A DNA stretch of 64,000 nucleotides from an uncultured Fibrobacterota bacterium (GTDB lineage: Bacteria > Fibrobacterota > Chitinivibrionia > Chitinivibrionales > FEN-1185), in contig CAVSQB010000009.1 of the NCBI GenBank assembly GCA_963729895.1, forward strand, positions 128,001 through 192,000, written 5' to 3'. Positions within the stretch are counted from its first letter, which is position 1. Each line of letters starts with the position of its first letter. Below are positions 29,526 to 37,291 of this stretch, piece by piece. A program made the translations under genes and the position numbers. The notes below the pieces were generated by a model. That model saw nothing but the letters and a program-made list of their open reading frames with translations. It was not told the DNA's origin and made no database searches.

Positions 29526-32131
29526 GAGGGTCCCTTTCCTGTTCTCAAATAATCATCAATGCTTTCCGCCGCCTTCATGCCTTCTGCCACGGCCTTCACT
29601 GCGGTTTCGCCCCCGTTTGTGCAATCACCGGCCGCATACACGCCATCCGCATCTGTCGCAAACGTCGCGGGGTCCGCAACAATCAATCCTTCCGCGGAGA
29701 CCCGGACCGGGCCGAGCGACCCTGCCACCGAACTCGCAAGCCTCTGGCCGGTCGCCTCTACAACCATGTCAACGCCGAGAACGCTCCGGGTTTCCGCTAC
29801 GACCTCGGGCCGGCGCCTGCCCGACGCATCGGGCTCGCCAAGCCTGGTCCGGACGATGTTGATTCCCGTGAGCTTTCCTTTGTCAAATACGTAGCCCGAC
29901 GGCTGTGTGAGGATCATGAGGTGTACGTCCGCGTCAAGCAGTCCGTCGCGCTCGCTCTTCCACGCAGGCATCTGGCCGAACGACCGGCGGTATATAAGGT
30001 ACACGTCGCGCACGCCCCGTTTCTTCGCGGATATCGCTGCGTCTATGGCGGTGTTCCCGCCGCCGATCACCGCGAGGGTGTCGGGCAACGGGGGCAAAGA
30101 CCCCTTTTTAGCCTGCGACAGGAACGTCAGCGCGTCCGTTACGCCGCTTCCTCCTGCCGACGATTGGAGCCCCGGCGCGAATACAAGCGCATCGTGCCTG
30201 GCCCGGAGATCTTGGAACTTTGAATCTCTTCCGAACTCGTGATTGCAAACAACCGTGCAGCGTTTTCGGTCTATGGCGGGCTTCAGAATGGCGTCCACCT
30301 CTTCGGCCGCATCGCCGTAACGAAACAGCGGGATGATTCCGGACGGCGTTCCGCCGAGCGATGCGCTCTTTTCGTATAGGGTGACCGAGTGGCCCATTTC
30401 AATGAGACGGATGGCGCAGGAAACGCCCGCAGGCCCGCCGCCAACGATGCCGATTGACTTTCCTGAATGCCGATCGGGCACAGCCACGCCCGTTATTCCC
30501 TGCAGCCGCGCAGAGCGCGCAGTGACGAGCTGGATATCCGCAACGGAAATCGGGTTTAGACAGAAGATCTTTTCGAGACAGCCGCCCTCGCATTGCACCT
30601 CAACCGGGCACACTTGCGCGCACATTTCCGGAAGCGCATTCGATTTCCGCAGGATGCGGTATGCTTCCTTGATATCGTTCCGGGAAAAAGCCTTGATGAA
30701 TCCCGGAACGTCAACGTGCGCCGGACAGGCCCGGCCGCAGGTGGGCTCGGCACAGTCACGGCATCGCTGTGCCTCGGACAGCAGGCGGTCGGGAGAATAA
30801 CGCCGGGCATGCCTGTATTCCGGACCGTAAATTTCCTTGTCGCGTATAACGCACCCGGTCCGACCTCCGTCGCGCATGATCTGCGTACATGCCGAACAGG
30901 TGATGCAGCATTTGGCCGGGTCCATAGCACCTTTGTTGAGAATGTCGTTAACGGAATCCGGGTACGCAAACATTCCCCTGCCCTGACCGATGAGCGTTGC
31001 GCTGCCTTCCCGAACGAGTGCCGCCGCGACATGCGGCATGAATTGCCGCAGCCATCCAAGCCCGGATCCCACAACCGGCAGCTTGGGATATTTCTTCTGA
31101 ATGGCAGCGTACACCTCCACAAACCGGACCAGCCCGAACAGCGGATGCTCATCAGGAACATCAATTCCATGAATGGGAGAATCGTAGGGTCTACCTACAT
31201 GCGGATTGAAATAGGGGTTCCCTATTGAAATATTGAGGACCGAAATGCCGATCTTTTCGAGCAGCCCCACAAGCTGCAGCGGTTCGGAAAGATCGGGCTT
31301 CAGGAAGTCGCTTTTATCAACTCCCCAGCCATAGGGATGTCGGTACGCGTCAAAGGCGTTGAGACGCGTTGAGACAAATACTTGCGGCACCTCCTGCGAT
31401 ATTCTGGCAAGCGTCTCACGAAGCATTCGCGTTCTGTTTTCAAATGAACCGCCGTATTTGCCTGTCCGCGTGTGGGAAGCCAGAATTTCCGAGAGAAGAT
31501 AGCCGTGGCAGCTCTTGACGTCAATGCCGTCAAAACCTGCCTCGGCCGCCATTGCGGCCGCCGTTACATACCGGTCCTGGAGCCGGTCCAGGTAATCGTC
31601 GGTGACGACGGGGTAGTCCGCGCCCAGGTTGTTGCGCGGGTCAAGGACCGCGCTATGCTGCGCGATGATCGGCGCGGGAACTCCGGTCGGCTTGCTGTAC
31701 CGCCCGGAATGGGTAAGCTGGATCACCATCACCACGTCGCGGCCGCACTCGCGCCGAGCCGCTTCCTTGACTTCAGCGACAAGCCGTTTGTACTCGTCTG
31801 CGTTCTCTTTGTGGAGAAACAGCTGGCGCGGGTTGGATCTGGCCTCCCCGACAACTGCGGTTGCCTCGAACCAGATGAGCCCAACCCCGCCGCGTGCATA
31901 CCGGAGGTAGCGTCTGAAGGTAAGTTCCTGCGGAGTCCCCTCTGTGGTGGCGTCAAACCCTTCCATGGGCTGTGCCACCAAACGGTTGGGAACCGAGAAC
32001 CTGCCGTTCTTCACCTCTTCGCCGAGGATGGAGACATCGGAATCGAACGGCAGGCGCACGCCCAAAACCGCAAGTTCCTTTTTGAGATCATCCAGACTCG
32101 TGTAGTGAAATCTATGGTGCTTTCCCGCCAT
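29522..32131 (-). CDS. Fusion of an NADH:flavin oxidoreductase (Old Yellow Enzyme barrel with Fe-S motif) and a GltD/PreT/NfnB-like Fe-S flavoprotein
   Basis: PNRLVAQPMEG, GFDGIDVKSCHGYL, YGGSFENR, CITCSAC...GC; then EAQRCRDC...CGRACP, CAQVCP...CEGGC, GGGPAG, GGGNTAID, AAGDC. Confidence 0.85.
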   Translation of the reverse strand: MAGKHHRFHYTSLDDLKKELAVLGVRLPFDSDVSILGEEVKNGRFSVPNRLVAQPMEGFDATTEGTPQELTFRRYLRYARGGVGLIWFEATAVVGEARSNPRQLFLHKENADEYKRLVAEVKEAARRECGRDVVMVIQLTHSGRYSKPTGVPAPIIAQHSAVLDPRNNLGADYPVVTDDYLDRLQDRYVTAAAMAAEAGFDGIDVKSCHGYLLSEILASHTRTGKYGGSFENRTRMLRETLARISQEVPQVFVSTRLNAFDAYRHPYGWGVDKSDFLKPDLSEPLQLVGLLEKIGISVLNISIGNPYFNPHVGRPYDSPIHGIDVPDEHPLFGLVRFVEVYAAIQKKYPKLPVVGSGLGWLRQFMPHVAAALVREGSATLIGQGRGMFAYPDSVNDILNKGAMDPAKCCITCSACTQIMRDGGRTGCVIRDKEIYGPEYRHARRYSPDRLLSEAQRCRDCAEPTCGRACPAHVDVPGFIKAFSRNDIKEAYRILRKSNALPEMCAQVCPVEVQCEGGCLEKIFCLNPISVADIQLVTARSARLQGITGVAVPDRHSGKSIGIVGGGPAGVSCAIRLIEMGHSVTLYEKSASLGGTPSGIIPLFRYGDAAEEVDAILKPAIDRKRCTVVCNHEFGRDSKFQDLRARHDALVFAPGLQSSAGGSGVTDALTFLSQAKKGSLPPLPDTLAVIGGGNTAIDAAISAKKRGVRDVYLIYRRSFGQMPAWKSERDGLLDADVHLMILTQPSGYVFDKGKLTGINIVRTRLGEPDASGRRRPEVVAETRSVLGVDMVVEATGQRLASSVAGSLGPVRVSAEGLIVADPATFATDADGVYAAGDCTNGGETAVKAVAEGMKAAESIDDYLRTGKGPS

Positions 32132-33206
32132 GATTCTCTTCCCGGAAAAAGAAAGATATTGCTACCACTCGTGTTCAAATGATATCATTATGATAAATAC
32201 CGATGCCAGAAAAACGAATTATAACATGTTAAGGCTGCGTTCGACTGCTTAACCTGTTAAATTACTATTTTCATAGAATGAGAAAACACTTCGAAGGGAT
32301 GCATATTTACTAATTAGAATATGCCGGCCTGGAAAGATGGTGGGATCCGGCAATTTCCCTTTCAGTAATGGATGGTAATAATATAAGGTAATTATAAAGG
32401 ATCTTGCACCAAATTAGTGATCATTTTGACAAGTTTTTCAAAGAAATTTTCATGACGATGATTGTACCGAAAAGCCATTTCGTTCAGATACCCTGGAAAG
32501 TATTCTTTGGAGACTCCATGGAACTTTGCAAGACGTTCCTTAGCATAGCTCCAGAAGCCTTCCAAACCGTTAATATAAACTTTGCCTGTGGCAAATCTTT
32601 TCCCATGGTCGACTCTCAAATGCCGATAACCGCAGAACATCAGGGCGTCATAGCCGCGGAATTTGTCAGTGTAAATGATGGAGCCTCGTCTGACCATTTT
32701 CACAGTCTCAGTCAACAGGCTTTCGGCAGTGACGTTTTTTACTACTGTCACCTTCACTTTTCCGTGTCTCTCCAGGATACCAAAGACGGGAACCTTTCCG
32801 GCAGCACCCCGGCCACGTTTACCTTTACGCCTGCCGCCGAAGTAGGATTCATCGAGCTCAACCTCTCCAGAGAGCCAGAAATCGCTTTCAGCGACCATCA
32901 AGGCCCTTCGGATGAGATTACACATCCGCAAGACCGTGGGATAGCTCAAACCGATCTGAGTTGCTATCCTGCGTGCTGAGACTTCCAGTTCAAAGAGCTT
33001 AATGATCCACAGCAGCTTTTTCAGAGGGACGCGGCACTGACCAATCCACCGATTCGAGAAGTCATGAAAGGTATTTCCGCATCGTTTGCACCTGAACTTT
33101 TTACCTTTTAAACGATAGATTTTATGGCTGTTACAATTGATGCAGAAAACATGGCCATTTTTCCAACAGAACTTTCTGAGGAACAATTTTGCCCTGTTTT
33201 TGACTG

Positions 33207-33320
33207 ATCCGCCCCAAAATGACCGACTAATCCGCCTCAATTTGACCGCCGAATCCGGATCAAAATGACCGATCAATCCGGTTCAATTTGACCGGCAAAT
33301 CCGCTTTTATTTGACCGGAC
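33207..33320 (+). repeat. IS21 left-end transposase-binding sub-repeats (5 copies, ~23-bp period)
   Basis: ATCCG....AA(A/T)(A/T)TGACCG five times (fifth degenerate); two inverted copies at ~35770-35812. Confidence 0.85.
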
Positions 33321-33389
33321 GGATGATTTTTCAGGAAGCGTTCCCGGATTCACCTATATCGTCTCTTTTCACCATTGAAGGGAGACGAT

Positions 33390-34946
33390 ATGAGCAGAGG
33401 GAGAACGCCTATGCGGAAGATTCGCCAGGTACTTGAGTACCGGTTATCAAAGAACATCAGCGCGGAGCAAACGTCTCTTGCGCTATCGCTGTCCAAGGGC
33501 AGCGTCATAAACTACCTGGAGCGGTTTCAACTGTCGAAGCTTCCGTGGCCGCTGCCAGATACGCTGACGGACACGGCGCTTGAGGCTGCGTTGTTTCCAC
33601 CAGTGCCGCCGCCTGACGACACACCCGCCTTTCGGCTGCCCGATGTCAAATACATTGAGAAAGAACTCGTTCGGCCACACGTCACGCTGCAGCGCCTGTG
33701 GGAGGAATATGCCGAGCAGCATCCCGATGGTTTGAAGCGCACGGCATTTTACGATCATGTCGCACGGCACCGTCCGCCGGAGATTACCATGAAGGTAATC
33801 CATAAAGGCGGGGACAAGGTGTTCTCCGATTACTCCGGCGATGGCTTGGAGTATATCGATCGCCGTACCGGGGAAATCATCGCTGTCGATCTTTTTGTTT
33901 GCGCCTGGGGTGCCAGCAGCTTCACGTTTGCCGAAGGAAGCGAAAGCCAGAAGACGCGTGATTTTGCCCTCTCCCATGTGCACGGCCTTGAGTACTTCGG
34001 CGTTGCGCCATTCGCTTTTGTTCTGGACAATACCAAAAGCGGGGTTAAGAAATCCGACCGGTACGACCCGGTCGCAAATCCCGTTTACGGGAAGATGGCA
34101 GATCATTATCGTGTGGCGTTTCTTCCCGCACGGGTGCTGAAGCCTCAGGACAAAGCCATTGTGGAGAGCGCCGTTTTGCAGGCCCAGCGTTTTATCCTGG
34201 CTCGGTTGCGCAACCGGCAGTTCTTTTCTCTGGATGAGGTCAATGTCGCAATACGGGAAGAACTGGAAGCGCTCAACAACCGCCCGATGAAGGAGTATGG
34301 CGGCCAGACGAGACGGCAGCGCTTCGAAGAGCTGGATAAGCCCTATGCCCAGCAACTGCCTGCCGAGCCATTCAAGATATCCCTCGTGAAGCTCGACGTG
34401 CTGGTCGGCCATAATTACCACATCCGGTTCGAAGATCATTTTTACAGCGTACCGCATTACCTTGCAACGCAGCGCGTGGACGTATATCAGATCGGCCCGA
34501 TCATAGAAATCTATCACGACAATATCCATGTCTGCCGCCATCAGGCAGGCCCGCCGAACTTCGGATACGCCACGACAACCGAACATATGCCGCCAAGCCA
34601 TGCGTTTGTCAAAGGGTGGTCGAAAGAGTGGTTCATCGCCAAAGCGACTGAGATCGGTCCGGCAACCGCCGAAGCGGCCTGGCAGATCATGAACCGAAGA
34701 GACCATGTTCAGCAGGGCTTTAACGCCGTCATGGGCGTTTTGCGACTGGCAAAAGTATACTCGCCGCAGAGACTCGAAAGAGCATGTCAAAGAGCTACCT
34801 ATTACAAATCGACAACGCTCAAAGCCATCAAAACAATCCTTGAGCAGCACCTGGACAACCAGACTTTTTTACCGCTGCCCACGCAAAGCCAACCGCCCGT
34901 GGTTCATGAAAACATACGCGGGCCACAGTATTACATCAACCAGTAA
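33390..34946 (+). CDS. istA: IS21 transposase
   Basis: MRKIRQVL, DYSG, LDNTKSGV, PARVLKPQDKAIVE, YSVP, HENIRGPQYY. Confidence 0.95.
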   Translation: MSRGRTPMRKIRQVLEYRLSKNISAEQTSLALSLSKGSVINYLERFQLSKLPWPLPDTLTDTALEAALFPPVPPPDDTPAFRLPDVKYIEKELVRPHVTLQRLWEEYAEQHPDGLKRTAFYDHVARHRPPEITMKVIHKGGDKVFSDYSGDGLEYIDRRTGEIIAVDLFVCAWGASSFTFAEGSESQKTRDFALSHVHGLEYFGVAPFAFVLDNTKSGVKKSDRYDPVANPVYGKMADHYRVAFLPARVLKPQDKAIVESAVLQAQRFILARLRNRQFFSLDEVNVAIREELEALNNRPMKEYGGQTRRQRFEELDKPYAQQLPAEPFKISLVKLDVLVGHNYHIRFEDHFYSVPHYLATQRVDVYQIGPIIEIYHDNIHVCRHQAGPPNFGYATTTEHMPPSHAFVKGWSKEWFIAKATEIGPATAEAAWQIMNRRDHVQQGFNAVMGVLRLAKVYSPQRLERACQRATYYKSTTLKAIKTILEQHLDNQTFLPLPTQSQPPVVHENIRGPQYYINQ

Positions 34947-34964
34947 CCGGAAAAGAGAACTTCT

Positions 34965-35711
34965 ATGCATATCGAAAACGTCATTGAACAGCTCAAATCC
35001 ATGCGACTCTCGGCAATGGCCGAATCATTGCAGACACGTTTGGCCGGCGGCAACAACCGTGATCTGGCCCCGGAGGAGTTCTTCGCCCTTCTGGTCGAAG
35101 ACGAATACAATGCCCGGAAAAACCGGAGGCTCTCCCGCATGATCGGCCACGCAAACTTCAAACCCGAACAGGCAACCCTCGAAAATGTCACGTACAATCA
35201 ATCCAGAGGGTTTATGAAAAAAGATCTCATGCCGTTGACCACGGCGACATGGATCAACAACTCGCAGAACATCATTATTACCGGCTCTACCGGATGCGGA
35301 AAGACGTATCTGGCCGAGGCTATCGGCCTGCAAGTCTGCATCATGGGCTTCTCAGTAATCAAAATCCGTTACCCGATCCTCTTCGAAGAAATCCATGCCG
35401 CCAAAGGCACCGGAATGTACCTGCGTTACCTGAAAAAGCTCGCAAAAACCAAAGTCATCATACTCGACGATTTTCTTATGCAGCCAATCGAATCAATCGA
35501 CTCCGGACCGCTCCTGGACGTCATTGAAGAGAAAGAACAGGCAGGATCCATCATCATTACCACTCAGTTCCCGGTCGACAAATGGCACCTGAAACTGCCC
35601 GATCCTACCGTGGCAGACGCTGTCTGCGACCGCCTGACACACGGTGCCATAAAATTTAACCTGGAAGGAGACTCGATGCGAAAAAACAAATCAAAATCCG
35701 CCGCAAAATGA
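34965..35711 (+). CDS. istB: IS21 helper ATPase
   Basis: Walker A GSTGCGKT, ILDDF, TTQFP, ADAVCDRL, GDSMRK. Confidence 0.95.
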   Translation: MHIENVIEQLKSMRLSAMAESLQTRLAGGNNRDLAPEEFFALLVEDEYNARKNRRLSRMIGHANFKPEQATLENVTYNQSRGFMKKDLMPLTTATWINNSQNIIITGSTGCGKTYLAEAIGLQVCIMGFSVIKIRYPILFEEIHAAKGTGMYLRYLKKLAKTKVIILDDFLMQPIESIDSGPLLDVIEEKEQAGSIIITTQFPVDKWHLKLPDPTVADAVCDRLTHGAIKFNLEGDSMRKNKSKSAAK

Positions 35712-35950
35712 CCGGACACATGGAAACATTTATATTATTACCGTAAATCGCTTTCTGTAAAGACATCCGTCCGGTCAAATTAATCCGGATACACCGGTCA
35801 AATTACGCGGACTGGGCAGTTTTCAGTTTTCCCTATGAATTCAAAGGTTTCTAATTGACTAAAGCCCATATGCACAAGATAATTCCTGTGCAAGATGTTT
35901 TATAATCACCTAATATAAATCCGTAAAATCTTATCACTGATCAAGATATA

Positions 35951-35967
35951 TCTTACTGTGGGTAAGA
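35951..35967 (+). promoter_or_regulatory. Operator-like site TCTTAC-N5-GTAAGA (copy 2)
   Basis: ATA-TCTTACtgtggGTAAGA-AAA upstream of the aldo-keto reductase. Confidence 0.6.
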
Positions 35968-36104
35968 AAATACTTTTGGCAATATGTTCAATTATTTATA
36001 TATTTAGGGATTAGAAAGAATGGAACGGAGTAATCTGTATTCTCCATCGTCTGTAAGCGATTAACTGTCAACAAGTTACCAAACATATAAGAAGGGGAGT
36101 CTCT

Positions 36105-37202
36105 ATGAAAAAAGAGAAGAGCGATGTGAGCAGGAGAGAGTTTCTTGCAAGCGCTGCAGCGTTATCGTCTGTGCCCATCATTGCCTCATGCAGTGGTGAA
36201 AACAAAATGCCGCTCTCCGGCAGCGTACAGGTGCAGAATCCGAACCCGGGTTCTGCCAAGCCCCAGGCGACTTGCCCAATTGCGAAGCGAACCCTAGGAA
36301 ACACAGGGTTGGAGGTTTCCATTCTCGGGTTTGGCGGCGGATCAAAGTTCGCGGCCCTTGCCATGGCGGACAGGCTCCTTGCTCTTGACGCAGCGTGCGC
36401 AGGCGGAGTAAACTATTTCGACAACTGCGTTGAGTACGGGACCTCTGCTACCTACGGTGCGTACTTTTCCGCGGCAACGTGTCCGGTCAAAAGAAGCGAT
36501 GTTATCATAGTGGACAAGCTTGACGCGCGCGACTATGCCGGCGCCAAGACGTCTTTTGCGAGCGAACTCAAAAACTTGCAGACCACCTACGTCGATCTCC
36601 TGTTGTGCCACAACGTGGCCCAGGGTGAAGACCTTACCTCCATCGGATCAACAACAGGCGCGTGGCAATTCCTAAAAGAAGCAAAGGCGGCAGGCACGGC
36701 CAGATTCATCGGGTTTTCCAGCATGGATAATACCGCCGGCGCCGGTACTCTTGTGGATTGGATAAACGGTCCCATGGCCCCTGATGTTTGCACTCTGGCG
36801 ATGAACATTACAGGATATCCCAACATGGAGAGCACGGCCGCACCCGCCGCACGAGCAAAAGGAATGGGCGTTTCCTGCATTAAGACCCTGCTCGGTGTTG
36901 TCGGGGCCGCTCATCCTATTGCGGCTTGCTTTGGCGGTCTGCTCAGTCTCAAGGATCCAACCGGCGCTTGGCTGGTGTCTACCTTGATAGTCGGCCACGA
37001 CGGCGGAGCAGCCCAGGTCACGGCCAACATCGCCACCATGAACACCCTTTATCCCCCGGATTGCACGGGAGTGCTGTCGGACAACAATCCATACAATTAC
37101 CAGGAACTCGTGCGCAGCGCCAAGCATCTGGCCGGTCCGCACGCGCTTCCATGGGCAAGGCCGGGCTTCAAGGATGACGGGAAGCCGTATTTCTGGGCAT
37201 AA
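36105..37202 (+). CDS. Tat-exported (possibly lipoprotein) aldo/keto reductase
   Basis: SRREFL, IIASC, RTLGNTGLEVSILGFG, GVNYFD, LKNLQTTYVDLLLCH, RFIGFS. Confidence 0.8.
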   Translation: MKKEKSDVSRREFLASAAALSSVPIIASCSGENKMPLSGSVQVQNPNPGSAKPQATCPIAKRTLGNTGLEVSILGFGGGSKFAALAMADRLLALDAACAGGVNYFDNCVEYGTSATYGAYFSAATCPVKRSDVIIVDKLDARDYAGAKTSFASELKNLQTTYVDLLLCHNVAQGEDLTSIGSTTGAWQFLKEAKAAGTARFIGFSSMDNTAGAGTLVDWINGPMAPDVCTLAMNITGYPNMESTAAPAARAKGMGVSCIKTLLGVVGAAHPIAACFGGLLSLKDPTGAWLVSTLIVGHDGGAAQVTANIATMNTLYPPDCTGVLSDNNPYNYQELVRSAKHLAGPHALPWARPGFKDDGKPYFWA

Positions 37203-37249
37203 GCAAGAAACATTGTTGACGAAAGCAGAACTTTCAAGATATTGAAGAG

Positions 37250-37277
37250 ACCCCGCCCCACATGGCGGGGTTTTTTA
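37250..37277 (+). terminator. Rho-independent terminator
   Basis: ACCCCGCC-ccacat-GGCGGGGT followed by a T-run. Confidence 0.8.
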
Positions 37278-37291
37278 TTGAACTGCGGCCG

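Larger units (their letters stand above)
33201..35818 (+). mobile_element. IS21-family element
   Basis: TG...CA ends, 5-bp target duplication GTTTT (33196-33200, 35819-35823), istA and istB, terminal sub-repeats ATCCG-N4-AAWWTGACCG. Confidence 0.92.
32392..35869 (-). pseudogene. IS1595 (ISXO2-like) DDE transposase split by IS21
   Basis: N-terminus MGFSQLETFEFIGKTEN (from 35869) joins in frame to RAKLFLRKFC...CINC...CKRC, VELDESYFGG, IYTDKF, INGLEGFWS, YLNEMAFRYN. Confidence 0.9.
32387..35910 (-). mobile_element. IS1595-family element, interrupted by IS21 (about 901 bp when reconstructed)
   Basis: Imperfect IRs GGTAATTATAAAGGATCTTGCAC / GGTGATTATAAAACATCTTGCAC (right end, reverse complement); 8-bp target duplication TAATATAA at 32379-32386 and 35911-35918. 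Confidence 0.9.

Noticed and set aside
32392..33276. ORF-track call of an intact 294-aa IS1595 transposase
   Set aside because: Its first ~25 residues are read from the IS21 end; the true N-terminus is at 35819-35869.
33207..33320. Five ~23-bp periodic repeats as a CRISPR array or iterons
   Set aside because: No unique spacers or cas genes; they lie inside the IS21 left end and have inverted counterparts at the right end.
33483..34850. 455-aa minus-strand ORF
   Set aside because: Antisense shadow of istA.
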